DNA of 64,000 nt from Gemmatimonas sp. (lineage in GTDB: Bacteria; Gemmatimonadota; Gemmatimonadetes; Gemmatimonadales; Gemmatimonadaceae), in the NCBI GenBank assembly GCA_965279375.1, contig OZ257156.1:416001-480000 (forward strand), written 5' to 3'. Both the position numbers and the translations under genes were made by a program. The notes under the pieces were generated by a model. The model saw only the letters and a program-made list of their open reading frames with translations, was not told where the DNA came from and did no database searches. Shown one piece after another: positions 39,798 to 50,288 of this stretch (within the stretch, counting starts at the first letter, position 1; each line of letters opens with the position of its first letter).

Positions 39798-40583
39798 TCA
39801 CATGCCCGGCGGTGTGAAGCGGCCGTCCTGCGCGAGCCATCCTCCATCCGCGTAGATGATCGTGCCCGTGACGTAGCTGGCTGCATCGGAGGCGAGGAAG
39901 AGCGTCGGCCCGACCATCTCTTCCGGCTTGCCCCAGCGATTGAAGACCGACTTGGCGGCGTAGGCGTTGAACCAGTCCTCATTCGCCTTGATCGGCGCCG
40001 TGAGCGGCGTCTCGATCACACCGGGGCCCACGCAATTGACGCGCACGCCGTACGGCCCGAACTCCGAAGCGGCACCGCGCGCAAGCTGCAGGATGCCGGC
40101 CTTGGTGGCCGCGTAGACCGACTGCCCCGGCTCGACGACGAGCGAGCGAATCGACGAGAAGAGCACAATACTGCCGCGTCGCTGCGCCGTCATGATTCGA
40201 CCAGCGGCGCGCAGCACGTTGAAGTTGCCCTTGATGTTCACGTCGAGCACGCGCGCGAGTTCATCGTCCTGATAGTCGAGAATCTTCTTGCGCACGTTGA
40301 TGCTTGGCGTGCAGATGACGATGTCGAGTGACCCGTGACGCGTGGCGATGTCATTGAGTGCGGAGTTGACCGACGCCGTGTCAGTGATGTCGATGGCGCC
40401 CGCCTCGGTGCTGCCGCCGGCCTTGAGCGCGACAGCCGCCGCCGCTTCGTGTTTTACGTCGAGACAGACCACCGTGGCGCCGAGCTTGGCCGCGCCTAAG
40501 GTGACCGCCTCACCAATGCCTGACGCCCCACCGATGACGGCGGCGACCTTGCCCGTCAGGTCAAAGATTCCGTTGTTGGACAT
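39798..40583 (-). CDS. SDR family oxidoreductase
   Basis: GGASGIG, S..S, YAATK, VN.VGPG, YVTG..I.ADGG motifs. Confidence 0.93.
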   Translation of the reverse strand: MSNNGIFDLTGKVAAVIGGASGIGEAVTLGAAKLGATVVCLDVKHEAAAAVALKAGGSTEAGAIDITDTASVNSALNDIATRHGSLDIVICTPSINVRKKILDYQDDELARVLDVNIKGNFNVLRAAGRIMTAQRRGSIVLFSSIRSLVVEPGQSVYAATKAGILQLARGAASEFGPYGVRVNCVGPGVIETPLTAPIKANEDWFNAYAAKSVFNRWGKPEEMVGPTLFLASDAASYVTGTIIYADGGWLAQDGRFTPPGM

Positions 40584-40592
40584 GTCGCTCCG

Positions 40593-42026
40593 CTACTTGG
40601 CTGCAGGTTGAAGTGTGGCGCTGGATGGACCGTCGGATCCGCTGCGCCCGCGACGAACGAGCTGCGTGATGACAAACGCGACGAGCGCGCCGACGAGCCC
40701 CGCCATCGCGGGTGTCATGCCGGCGATAGGCGATCCATCGTGAAAGAGGCGCAATCCGCCGACGATCGCGACGCCGGTGATGATGGCGGCAAGCGCATCG
40801 GCCGTCGCGGCACGCTGACTGAAGAGCCCTGCGACGATCGGTACGAACAGGCTGACGCCCATGATCGTGTAGAAGATGCTCAGCGCGCTGATCACACCCG
40901 CGGCGACCAGTGCGACGCCGATGCCGAGCGCACCGGCAAACACCGCCGTGATGCGCGTCATGCGCAAAAGCTGCGAATCGGTCGCGGCGCGATTGACGAA
41001 GCGTTTGTAGAAATCCTGTGACAGCGATGTGGTGAGCATGAAGAGCACCGCATCGGCCGCGCTGAGTTCTGCAGAGAACACCGCCGCCAGCCCGAGTGCA
41101 CCCACGGCGACCGGCACGCCGGACATGAGCAGCGTGGGGAGTGCGAGTTCGTGCTGAGGCAGGTTGGGGAACTGCGCGCGCGCCATCATGCCGAGCAACA
41201 CGGGAACGAACGCATACGCAACGAGTGCGACGGCGTTGAGTCCGACGCCGATGCGCACCGAGCGATCGTCACGCGCGCCGAAGATTTTCTGCAGCAATCC
41301 AGGCGAAACGACGAACGCGGGGCCGAGCATGGCGAGATACACCAGCCCAGAGGCGCCGCCGCTCCACGGGTTCCAGTAGTCTGGCGTCGGCTGCAGTGCG
41401 CGGATTGCGTGCCATCCACCTGACGCAGAGAGCGCGAACGGAATCGCGATCGCAAATCCGACGAGCTTCACCGTGAGCTGGACGACGTTCACGTACGCCG
41501 ACGTGAGCAGACCACCCGAGGCGAAGTAGACGGTGATCATCATGCCGCCGAGAATGCAGCCGATGTTCTTGGGGAGTCCGACGATGACATTGAGAATCCA
41601 CGCGACGGCAATGAGCTGACCGGCGAGGATGAATACACAGCCTACCCAGAGCAACGCGGCGATGGCGGTGCGTACTACAACTCCGTAACGAAATTCGAGA
41701 TAGTCGCCTACGGTGCGCAGATCATGTTGCGCGGCGACGCGCCGAATGGCCGGCCCGATCCAGAACGCGAGGATGAACGAGCCGATGCCGGCGGAGAGCA
41801 CCCACCAGATGGCGGCGAGTCCGTCGCGATAGCCAAGCCCAGTCGCACCGACGGTCGATCCTGCGCCGATGTTGGCCGCGAGCGTGGTGGAGAAGATCAG
41901 CCCGGGCCCCAGCGAGCGTCCGGCCACGAAGAAATCGCTGGATGTCTTGACGCGTCGCGAAATCCACGCGCCCAACGCGAGTTGGGCCGCAGAGTACGCA
42001 ATGAGCAGCAGGAGTTGAGTATTCAC
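40593..42026 (-). CDS. Sodium:solute symporter (SSS) family transporter
   Basis: DFFVAGRSLG, GDYLEFRYG, SGGL, AELSAAD...S.D.Y motifs; GTG start. Confidence 0.92.
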   Translation of the reverse strand: MNTQLLLLIAYSAAQLALGAWISRRVKTSSDFFVAGRSLGPGLIFSTTLAANIGAGSTVGATGLGYRDGLAAIWWVLSAGIGSFILAFWIGPAIRRVAAQHDLRTVGDYLEFRYGVVVRTAIAALLWVGCVFILAGQLIAVAWILNVIVGLPKNIGCILGGMMITVYFASGGLLTSAYVNVVQLTVKLVGFAIAIPFALSASGGWHAIRALQPTPDYWNPWSGGASGLVYLAMLGPAFVVSPGLLQKIFGARDDRSVRIGVGLNAVALVAYAFVPVLLGMMARAQFPNLPQHELALPTLLMSGVPVAVGALGLAAVFSAELSAADAVLFMLTTSLSQDFYKRFVNRAATDSQLLRMTRITAVFAGALGIGVALVAAGVISALSIFYTIMGVSLFVPIVAGLFSQRAATADALAAIITGVAIVGGLRLFHDGSPIAGMTPAMAGLVGALVAFVITQLVRRGRSGSDGPSSATLQPAAK

Positions 42027-42120
42027 GGGTGCGGCTCGTGAGGGATCTGCGGTGCGGCGCAACGGTAACCGTCCACTGCTTGCTTGACAAGCATGGTCGG
42101 CGGCGACGATACTGGCGCGC

Positions 42121-43401
42121 ATGTCCCTTGCTTCGCAGCGCATCGATCGTGTGTTCGCGGCCATCGACGAGGCCACAAGCGAGATGGTGGACTTCACCGC
42201 CGAGATGGTCCGGATTCCTACGGTGAATCCTCCGGGCGAAGCGTACGAGGAATGTGCTCGCCTGATTGGCACACGGCTCGCCAAGTGCGACTTCGGCGTG
42301 GAGTACTTCGAGGCGCTGGGACGACCGGAGCACACCGCGACGCACCCGCGAGTCAACGTGGTCGGACTGCGGCGGGGGCAAACGGACCGGCCGCTCGTAC
42401 ACCTGAACGGGCACTTCGACGTTGTGCCTGCCGGCGCTGGCTGGACGCTCGACCCGTTCGCGGGCATCGTGCGCGACGGTCGCATCTACGGGCGCGGCAC
42501 GTGCGACATGAAAGCGGGGATCACCGCGGCCATTTACGCGGCTGAAGCCATTCGTCGCGCCGGCATCCCATTGGTGGGTTCGGTCGAAGTCAGCGGCACT
42601 GTGGACGAAGAGAGTGGCGGCTTTGCCGGCATGGCGTGGCTCGCACACCACGGACGTGTCAGCGCCGAGCGAACGGACGCGGTGATCATCACCGAGCCAA
42701 CCAACACGGATCGCATCTATATCGGGCATCGCGGCGTCTACTGGTTCGAGGTGACGACACGCGGCCGCATCGCGCATGGCAGCATGCCGTTTCTCGGCGT
42801 GAACGCGATCGAGCACATGGGCGTGATTCTCGACCTTGTACGCCGCGAGCTCAAGCCGATTCTGGCCGCGCGCACGACGGCCGTACCGGTCAAGCCCGAT
42901 GATGCACGACATGCCACGCTCAACATCAACGGCATCGAAGGCGGACAGCCGATCGATGGTATTCAGACGCCGTGCGTGGCAGATCTGTGTCGTGCGATTT
43001 TTGATCGACGTTTTCTCGTGGAAGAAGGGTTCGAGGCCACCCGCGCGGAGATCGTTTCATTGCTGGAGCAGGCCGCACGCGCCACACCGCATCTGTTGTA
43101 CGAATTGCGTGACCTGATGGTGGTGCATCCGGTACAGACGCCGCAGGGCGCCTCGGTGGTCTCGTCGCTCGAGCGATCGATTGCGCAGGTGATGGGTCGC
43201 CCCGCCACGATCGCGGCGAGTCCGGGCACGTACGACCACAAACACGTCGATCGCATCGCGGGCGTGCCGAACTGCGTCGCGTACGGTCCCGGCATCCTCG
43301 ATCTCGCGCACCAGCCCGACGAGTACTGCGACATCGCCGATCTCGTTCACTCCACGAAAGTGCTCGCCCTGAGCATCCTCGAGCTCACGGCCTCACTCTA
43401 G
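42121..43401 (+). CDS. M20 ArgE/DapE-family amidohydrolase
   Basis: NGHFDVVP, GRGTCDMK, DEESGG, TEP, HGSMP, YGPG..LAHQPDE motifs. Confidence 0.93.
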   Translation: MSLASQRIDRVFAAIDEATSEMVDFTAEMVRIPTVNPPGEAYEECARLIGTRLAKCDFGVEYFEALGRPEHTATHPRVNVVGLRRGQTDRPLVHLNGHFDVVPAGAGWTLDPFAGIVRDGRIYGRGTCDMKAGITAAIYAAEAIRRAGIPLVGSVEVSGTVDEESGGFAGMAWLAHHGRVSAERTDAVIITEPTNTDRIYIGHRGVYWFEVTTRGRIAHGSMPFLGVNAIEHMGVILDLVRRELKPILAARTTAVPVKPDDARHATLNINGIEGGQPIDGIQTPCVADLCRAIFDRRFLVEEGFEATRAEIVSLLEQAARATPHLLYELRDLMVVHPVQTPQGASVVSSLERSIAQVMGRPATIAASPGTYDHKHVDRIAGVPNCVAYGPGILDLAHQPDEYCDIADLVHSTKVLALSILELTASL

Positions 43402-43442
43402 GCTTGCTCTGTCTCGGCTTCGTCGCGTCGGACGGGGAAGTA

Positions 43443-43470
43443 TTGACTCTCCGGCCGGTGCCGGTAACGT
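43443..43470 (+). promoter_or_regulatory. Candidate sigma-70 promoter for the susC-like operon
   Basis: TTGACT-N16-TAACGT in the intergenic region. Confidence 0.4.
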
Positions 43471-43588
43471 AGCGCACACATAATGATCGGTCCGCGGCGA
43501 ACTCCTACCCTTCGCCGACATTGTGCGGTATCCCGAACGATCCGGTTCCCTGCGAGCGCAGCCTGTCGTCCAGATGAGGAGCGATTCG

Positions 43589-46564
43589 ATGAAACGTGGC
43601 TCTCGATGGTCCGCTGTTGTACGTCGAGTTTTGTGCGCGCAGTTGATGGTGCGGTCCGCGTTTGCCTGTGCGGGTGCCGCACTGGTCGCTGCACCACTCG
43701 AAGCGCAAAGTGTCGGCACCGTCGTCGGTCGCGTGACCGATGAACGCAGCGGCGTTCCGCTGCCGAACGCCCAGGTGTACGCGGACAACAACGTGCAGCG
43801 TGTGGTGCGCACGGACAACGAGGGGCGCTACCGCCTCGTCGAATTGCCGCCGGGAGCGCGTACGATCACCATCCGCATGATCGGCTACAGCAACAAGAGC
43901 GCGACCGTCACGGTCGGCGCAGCGCAAACGGCTACGCTCAACATCGCGCTCGCGGTACAGCCGCTCGATCTCGATGCGGTCGTCGTCACGGGACAAGGTG
44001 GTGAGATCTCCAAGCGACGCATTGCCACCACCGTGGACGTGGTCGGGCGCGAAAAGATCGAAGCCTCGCCAGCCAAGCGACTCGATGAGTTGCTGCAGAC
44101 CAACCTGCCCAGCGCGCAGATTCGTCTTACGTCGGGACAGCCCGGCACAACGTCGATCATGCGCACGCGCGGCGTGACCTCGGTCAGCAACAACTCGACA
44201 CCCGTCATCTACGTGGATGGCGTGCGCATGGACAACCTCAACACCGTCGCTGCGCTTGGCCTGAACGTGTCCGGCGTCCGGTCGCAGGGTGCCGCAACAA
44301 GTGCCATTGCCGACCTGCCGATCGACAACATCGATCGCATCGAGTTCATCCCCGGCGGCGCGGCCACGACGCTCTACGGATCCGATGCCGCCAACGGCGT
44401 GATCCAGATCTTCACCAAGCGCGGCACGAGCGGCGGGACCAAGGGCTTCGCCGAGATGCGCAGTGGATTCGATACGCCGCAGACGCAGTTCCACTACTTC
44501 AAGCGCACGCGCGATCTGATCTACCAGAACGGATTCACGCAGCAATACTCGGCCGGAATCGAAGGTGGCAACAACGCGGTGACGTACAGTCTCTCCGGCA
44601 ACGTGCGAGCGAGCGACAGTCATCGCGTGTACGGTGCCAATCGCGCCTTCGGCTTCCGGAATGCGCTCGGCGCGAACGTCGGCAGCAAGGGGAAGTATCA
44701 GGGCTCCTTCTCCTACAACGAGACCGACGCTCCGCGCTTCCGCAACGGCAACGCCGGCGGCTACACGTCGCTGTGGGTGCTCGAGGACGGACGATCTTCA
44801 GCGTTCGGCTTCAACAACAACATCGATGAACTGACCGGCGTCGGGCTGGACAGCCTGAAGAAGTTCGTCAACGACGCTGAGCGACTGCAAAACAACCGCG
44901 TGTTCACGCGTTCGTTCCAGACGTCGCATCGTCTCGATTACGATCCACTGCCGTCGGTCAAGACACACATGACCTTCGGTCTCAACAACCGCTTCAGTCG
45001 AGAAAAGGGCGTCGTCACCAACGAGTATCTGATTGCCACGCGCTCGTTCCCGGCTGGAACGACTGACCGTGGCTCCATTTCGAACTTCGAGCGCAGCTAC
45101 ACCGGCTTCACGGTCGATGTCGGCGGCCAGCACAGCGCGGCCATCGGTTCGAGCCTGTCGATCATCTCATCGCTGGGCGCGCAGCTTTTCCGCAATGATG
45201 ACGTGCAAGTGGCCTACACGGCCACGAACGTGCGCGACGGCGCGTTGACGGTCACCGGCGCCGGCGTCACGCAGTCGCAGGATCTCGCCTTCCGCGTGGC
45301 CAACTACGGCCTGTTTGGCCAGACGAACATCAGCTGGCGCGAACGCTACACCATGGAACTCGGTGTACGCGCCGACAAGAACACCGCGTTCGGCGCGAAC
45401 ACCGGCGCCCAGGTGTACCCGAAGGTGGGGCTCGTGTGGGCGCTCGGCTCGGAGGAGTGGCTGCGCAAGCTCATCTCGGTCGAAACGCTGAACGACATTC
45501 GCCTGCGCGCCGCGTATGGCGTCGCCGGGCAGTTCCCGCAGCCATTCGCCAACGACCGCACCATCGCCATCAACTCGTTCAACGGTCAGCAAGCGGCCAC
45601 TTTCGGTCAGCCGGGTAACGTGAACCTGAAGCCGGAGCGCACCGGAACGCTGGAACTCGGTGCCGACCTCGCGTTGCTCCAGAACAAGATCACCTTCGGT
45701 GCGGGCTGGTACACGTCGAACACGACCGACGCGCTCATCAATGCGCCGCCGGCTCCATCCACGGGTGAAGTCAGTCAGGTCACGAACGTCGGCGAGATCG
45801 CGAACAATGGGTTTGAGCTGCGTGCGACCGCCACGCCGGTGTCGAACAAGAGCTGGCGCCTCACGCTCAACGGCTCGTTCAACACGCTCAACAACAAGGT
45901 CGTGAACCTGCGCGGCACTCCGCCCTTCGGCATCAGTGGCTTCGGTGCGAGCACGGTGCAGGGCATGGTGCAGGAAGGCTACCCGGTCGGATTCCTCCGT
46001 GGCGCGAAGGCCATCTTCGGCGCAGACGGAAAGGTCGTCGAGATCCAACAGTTGCAGTATCTCGGCAAGCCGACGCCCGACAAGTTTGGCAGCTTCGGCG
46101 CGCAGATCGGCATCGGCTCGCGCATCACGCTGAGCACCAACGCCGACTATCAGTTCGGTGCGCAGGCGCAGTCGTTCGACAAGGCGTTCCGCTACCTGAA
46201 CGGCGTGAAGGGGACGGAGAACTACGTCCCACCTGCCGCGCTGGCGCAGGCGCCGTACAACGGCAACCGCGCCAACATCTGGCAGCAGACGATGAACCTG
46301 TGGGTGGAGAACACCGACTACGTCGCGCTGCGCACGCTGTCCATCGACTACCGCGTGCCGAGCAAGCTGCTTCCGGCCGGCGCCAAGGACGCTCGCGCGT
46401 CTTTCACCGTCGTGAATCCTTGGCGGTGGGCCTCGTCGAGCTTCGATCCGGAGACCGACCTCTCGTCGGCCGGCACGCAGGGCGCTGCAGCGGTGGGCGG
46501 CTTCAACTATGCCACCGATGGAAACCCGCGCAGCTTTCTCCTCACTCTCCGGTTCGGGTTCTGA
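43589..46564 (+). CDS. SusC/RagA-like TonB-dependent receptor
   Basis: GAGGAG RBS; carboxypeptidase-regulatory-like N-domain, LDAVVVTG TonB box, plug (PVIYVDGV, IDRIE..G.AA.TLYGSDAANGVIQIFTK), GN.NLKPE, terminal F. Confidence 0.95.
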   Translation: MKRGSRWSAVVRRVLCAQLMVRSAFACAGAALVAAPLEAQSVGTVVGRVTDERSGVPLPNAQVYADNNVQRVVRTDNEGRYRLVELPPGARTITIRMIGYSNKSATVTVGAAQTATLNIALAVQPLDLDAVVVTGQGGEISKRRIATTVDVVGREKIEASPAKRLDELLQTNLPSAQIRLTSGQPGTTSIMRTRGVTSVSNNSTPVIYVDGVRMDNLNTVAALGLNVSGVRSQGAATSAIADLPIDNIDRIEFIPGGAATTLYGSDAANGVIQIFTKRGTSGGTKGFAEMRSGFDTPQTQFHYFKRTRDLIYQNGFTQQYSAGIEGGNNAVTYSLSGNVRASDSHRVYGANRAFGFRNALGANVGSKGKYQGSFSYNETDAPRFRNGNAGGYTSLWVLEDGRSSAFGFNNNIDELTGVGLDSLKKFVNDAERLQNNRVFTRSFQTSHRLDYDPLPSVKTHMTFGLNNRFSREKGVVTNEYLIATRSFPAGTTDRGSISNFERSYTGFTVDVGGQHSAAIGSSLSIISSLGAQLFRNDDVQVAYTATNVRDGALTVTGAGVTQSQDLAFRVANYGLFGQTNISWRERYTMELGVRADKNTAFGANTGAQVYPKVGLVWALGSEEWLRKLISVETLNDIRLRAAYGVAGQFPQPFANDRTIAINSFNGQQAATFGQPGNVNLKPERTGTLELGADLALLQNKITFGAGWYTSNTTDALINAPPAPSTGEVSQVTNVGEIANNGFELRATATPVSNKSWRLTLNGSFNTLNNKVVNLRGTPPFGISGFGASTVQGMVQEGYPVGFLRGAKAIFGADGKVVEIQQLQYLGKPTPDKFGSFGAQIGIGSRITLSTNADYQFGAQAQSFDKAFRYLNGVKGTENYVPPAALAQAPYNGNRANIWQQTMNLWVENTDYVALRTLSIDYRVPSKLLPAGAKDARASFTVVNPWRWASSSFDPETDLSSAGTQGAAAVGGFNYATDGNPRSFLLTLRFGF

Positions 46565-46566
46565 TC

Positions 46567-48021
46567 ATGCGCACACCGATCCCGCTGCGGGCCTCGCGCC
46601 TGCTTCTGCCGTCTATGGCGCTGCTCGCCGTCAGCGCGTGCGAGTCCTTTAAACCCACCGAAGTTCGCAATCCGAATCTCACCGACGAACAGTTTCTCGG
46701 CACACCGGGTGCAGGCGCGTCGTGGCTCCGCGGCACACAGCGGCAGTTCCTGCTGACGCTCAACACCGTGGTACAGAACAGCGAACTCACTTCGGACAAC
46801 TACTACAACAACTACACGACCAACAACCAGCAGATCGACGGGCTGGTGATCACCTACATCGACCCCGACGTCACCGCCATCCAGAACTCGATCGCGCGCT
46901 TGCGCTATCTGGCCACATTTGGACTGGACAGCGTGTTCCCTCGTGATCCGCAGGTGACCGCCAACGACAAGGCCGAGTTGTACTTCAACCGCGGCATGGC
47001 GAACATGTTTGCCGGCGAGATGTTTGTCGGGTTGCCGGCCACGGCGAACGCGGATGTGGCCGCATGGCAGACGCATCTGCAGAACGCGATCAGCGATTTC
47101 ACGCAGGCCCGCAGTCTCTCCACAGACGCCGTCGCTCGGAACAGCTACACACTCGCGCTGGCGCGGGCCTACCATCGCCTCGGCGACAAGGCGAAGGCTG
47201 TGCAGGAAGCGCAAGCGCTGCTCGCTGCGAACGCGACGTTCATTCGCAACGCGGTGTTCGATCCGACCAACGGACCTGCAAACGCAATGCAGGGTGTGCT
47301 CACCAGCTCGGTGAACAACTTCCAACCTCTGCCGCGACTCGACTTTCTCGACCCGAAGTATCCGAATCGGAATGCGACAACGCAGAGCCCGATGGCGTAT
47401 CTCAAGGCCGAAGAAGCGCATCTGATCATTGCGGAGGGGCTGCTGTCGGACAACAGCCTCGTGGCCGCGAAGGATCGACTCAAGCTGCTACTGACGCTCG
47501 TGAACTCGCGCCCCACTGAGCAGATCGACAGTCGATTGCAACTCCGTGGTCGCGCGGGCGGAAAGATCGTGTACCCCAACACGGCCGACACCAAGGTCGC
47601 CTTCGCTGCCGGCGAACCGCTGCTCGACGGCTTCGTGCTGACGCGCTCGGCAACGACGGTGCGGGCGTACACCGTCTCGGGAACCTCCGTCACGAACGCG
47701 CGTATCGATGCTATCTCGACGATCGACGATGGCCTGTATGTGCTGTACCTGATGCGCCAGGAAATCTTCATGGCGGAAGGTCGCCGCATGGCCGACCTGG
47801 GGATTCGCATGCCGGTCGCGCAAACGGAGATCATCGCCAATCCCAAGACGAAGGACGGCGAGCCGTATACCCAATCGCAGATTCCGGCGTTCATCCCCAA
47901 GAATCTCGACATGGACTCGTTTACGTACGACGCGACGGCGAAGACGGCGATCATGAAGGTCGACGTGAATCGGGTGCTCGTGCAGAACAAGACGTCGCCC
48001 CTTGTGCTCCCTTTCAACTGA
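46567..48021 (+). CDS. SusD/RagB-like surface lipoprotein
   Basis: Lipobox VSAC; starts 2 nt after susC; EEAHLI.AE and R.EIFMAEGRRM.DL motifs; helical TPR-like region. Confidence 0.85.
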   Translation: MRTPIPLRASRLLLPSMALLAVSACESFKPTEVRNPNLTDEQFLGTPGAGASWLRGTQRQFLLTLNTVVQNSELTSDNYYNNYTTNNQQIDGLVITYIDPDVTAIQNSIARLRYLATFGLDSVFPRDPQVTANDKAELYFNRGMANMFAGEMFVGLPATANADVAAWQTHLQNAISDFTQARSLSTDAVARNSYTLALARAYHRLGDKAKAVQEAQALLAANATFIRNAVFDPTNGPANAMQGVLTSSVNNFQPLPRLDFLDPKYPNRNATTQSPMAYLKAEEAHLIIAEGLLSDNSLVAAKDRLKLLLTLVNSRPTEQIDSRLQLRGRAGGKIVYPNTADTKVAFAAGEPLLDGFVLTRSATTVRAYTVSGTSVTNARIDAISTIDDGLYVLYLMRQEIFMAEGRRMADLGIRMPVAQTEIIANPKTKDGEPYTQSQIPAFIPKNLDMDSFTYDATAKTAIMKVDVNRVLVQNKTSPLVLPFN

Positions 48022-48022
48022 G

Positions 48023-49198
48023 ATGCGAGACGTGAAGAAGGCTTCGCTGTTTACCTGCGTCACGCGCGCGCTGCCGGCATCGCTGTTGCCGGCAGCGCTG
48101 TTGCCGGCAGCGCTGTTCGCGCAGAATCCTCCCGCACGTCCGGCCGGCGCGCCGACGGCGCCGGCGCGCATCACGGTCGTCGGTCCCGGTCCGTCCAACT
48201 CCATCACCGACGTTCCGGGACTCAAGGTCGGACAGTACCAGCGCTCCGATGGCGGCTACCGATCGGGCACAACGGTCATTCGCACGGAGAAGGGTGCAAC
48301 GGCCGGTTATGCACAGATGGGTGGCGCACCGGGCACCAAGGAAACGGATCTGCTCAAGCCGGGCGGCCAGGTACGCGCCGTGCAGGCCATCATGCTGAGC
48401 GGTGGTAGCGCATTCGGGCTTGATGCGGCAACGGGTGTGATGAAGTGGATGGAAGAACACGGTTTTGGCGTACCGGTGGGCGGAGGTGTGGTGCCCATCG
48501 TGCCGGCGGCGATCCTCTTCGATCTGGGACGTGGCGGCGATTTCAAGAAGCGCCCCGATGCTGACTTCGGCTACAAGGCAACAGAAGCCGCGACCAGCGA
48601 CCCGGTGAAGAGTGGGCGCACGGGCATGGGCACGGGCGCCGGCTGGGGTATGGGTACGGCGAGCGTGAAGCTCTCCAACGGCTACACGGTCGCCGCGATC
48701 GTGGGACTCAATCCCGCCGGCTCACCACTCGACACACGGACGTGCCTTCCCTTGGCGCTGTACCTCGAACTGGGCAACGAGTTTAACCTCGTGCAGCCGA
48801 AGGCCGAGGAGTGTCAGGCAGCGGCGGCGGGCCGTGGTGGGCCCGGCGATGGCTCGGACAACGCGGCACGCAACACCACCATCGCGCTCGTCGCCACCGA
48901 CGCGCCGCTGGAAGATCTCGAAGCCGAGCGCATGGCCGTGATCGCCAACGCAGGCCTCGCGCGTTCGATTCGCCCGATTCACGGCATCGGTGATGGCGAC
49001 ACGGTGTTTGGAATGGCGACCACGCCGCCGACGCGCGCGATGACCAATCCGGAACTCACAGCGATCTTCAATGCGGCCGCCGATGCACTCGGTCGCGCGG
49101 TAGTACACGCCGTGATTTCGTCCAAGCAACTGGGCAACAGTCGTGTGGGCTACTGCGATCAGTATCCCAGCGCCTGCGTGAAGCGCGCCGGCAAGTAA
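48023..49198 (+). CDS. Exported P1/S58 (DmpA/NylC superfamily) Ntn-like hydrolase, Asn-Thr type
   Basis: NSITDVPGLKVG, GGAPGTKETDLL, LSGGSAFGL, VPIVPAAILFDL, NTTIALVATD, DGDTVF motifs. Confidence 0.9.
   Translation: MRDVKKASLFTCVTRALPASLLPAALLPAALFAQNPPARPAGAPTAPARITVVGPGPSNSITDVPGLKVGQYQRSDGGYRSGTTVIRTEKGATAGYAQMGGAPGTKETDLLKPGGQVRAVQAIMLSGGSAFGLDAATGVMKWMEEHGFGVPVGGGVVPIVPAAILFDLGRGGDFKKRPDADFGYKATEAATSDPVKSGRTGMGTGAGWGMGTASVKLSNGYTVAAIVGLNPAGSPLDTRTCLPLALYLELGNEFNLVQPKAEECQAAAAGRGGPGDGSDNAARNTTIALVATDAPLEDLEAERMAVIANAGLARSIRPIHGIGDGDTVFGMATTPPTRAMTNPELTAIFNAAADALGRAVVHAVISSKQLGNSRVGYCDQYPSACVKRAGK
48071..48117 (+). repeat. 15-bp tandem repeat x3 inside signal peptide
   Basis: CTGCCGGCATCGCTG TTGCCGGCAGCGCTG TTGCCGGCAGCGCTG encodes LPASL LPAAL LPAAL. 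Confidence 0.8.
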
Positions 49199-49206
49199 CG
49201 CTGTCG

Positions 49207-50268
49207 ATGAAACGCAAGCTCAAGTACGCGGCGAGTGCGCTCGTCACAGCATCACTGCTCTCCGCTGCAGCGATACCCGCAGCCAAGACCCTCGACATCT
49301 ACTTCATCGATGTCGAGGGCGGGCAGTCGACGCTGATCGTCACGCCGTCGGGCGAGTCGCTGCTCATCGACGCAGGATTCCCGGGCGATGGCACGTTCAA
49401 CTCCAAGCCGGGCGATCCCGCCGTCGCGCGTGACGCACAGCGCGTAGCCAAGGCGGCGAAGGACGCTGGACTCAAGCAGATCGATCACCTGATGCTCACG
49501 CACTTTCACGCCGATCACTTCGGTGGCGTGATGGAGCTGGCGCAGCTGTTCCCCATCAAGGAGTTCATCGATCATCAGGCGCCGAGCGTTGCCGCGGATT
49601 CTGCGGTGCCGGGTACGATGGCGCTGTACAACGCCTATGCCGCGCTCCGCGCGAAAGGCAAGCATGTGCAGCCCAAGCCTGGCGACCACCTCAAGCTCAA
49701 GGACGCGGAGGTCACCTTTCTCGCCAGCGACGGCAAAGTGCTGACGTCTCCGCTCAAGGGCGCTGGTCAGCCTAACGCAGCGTGTACGACCGGTGGCGTG
49801 CCCGCGCAGGAGAAGCTGGAGAACCCTCTCTCCACGGCGATTCGCCTGCAGTTCGGTGACTTCCGCTTTCTCGACGTGGGTGACCTGAGTGGCGCGCCGC
49901 TGTACGCGCTGACCTGCCCCGTCAATCTCATCGGCGAGTCGGAGCTGTATCTCATCGCGCACCACGGTGGCGCCGATGGATCGGATCCGTCGCTCTTTGC
50001 CGCGGTGAAGCCGCTCGTCGCGATCTTCAACAACGGTACGCGCAAAGGCGCGCAGGCGAGCACACTGGCGACCGTGCGCTCGATGGCGACACTGGACGGA
50101 TGGCAGCTGCACCGCACGCTCAACAACGGCGCAGAGAACGGGCCGGACGATCGCATCGCCAACCTCGATGAATCCACCAGTCACTGGATCAAGGTATCGG
50201 CCAAGCGCGACGGCTCATTCACCGTCACCAACGCGCGCACCGGGTACTCCAAGTCGTACAAGCGCTGA
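49207..50268 (+). CDS. Exported MBL-fold hydrolase (ComEC/Rec2-related)
   Basis: Signal peptide; FIDVEGGQSTL, LIDAG, THFHADHFGG, EN..S, GDL, AHHG motifs. Confidence 0.9.
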   Translation: MKRKLKYAASALVTASLLSAAAIPAAKTLDIYFIDVEGGQSTLIVTPSGESLLIDAGFPGDGTFNSKPGDPAVARDAQRVAKAAKDAGLKQIDHLMLTHFHADHFGGVMELAQLFPIKEFIDHQAPSVAADSAVPGTMALYNAYAALRAKGKHVQPKPGDHLKLKDAEVTFLASDGKVLTSPLKGAGQPNAACTTGGVPAQEKLENPLSTAIRLQFGDFRFLDVGDLSGAPLYALTCPVNLIGESELYLIAHHGGADGSDPSLFAAVKPLVAIFNNGTRKGAQASTLATVRSMATLDGWQLHRTLNNGAENGPDDRIANLDESTSHWIKVSAKRDGSFTVTNARTGYSKSYKR

Positions 50269-50288
50269 ACGACGTCGCGTTGAACGCA

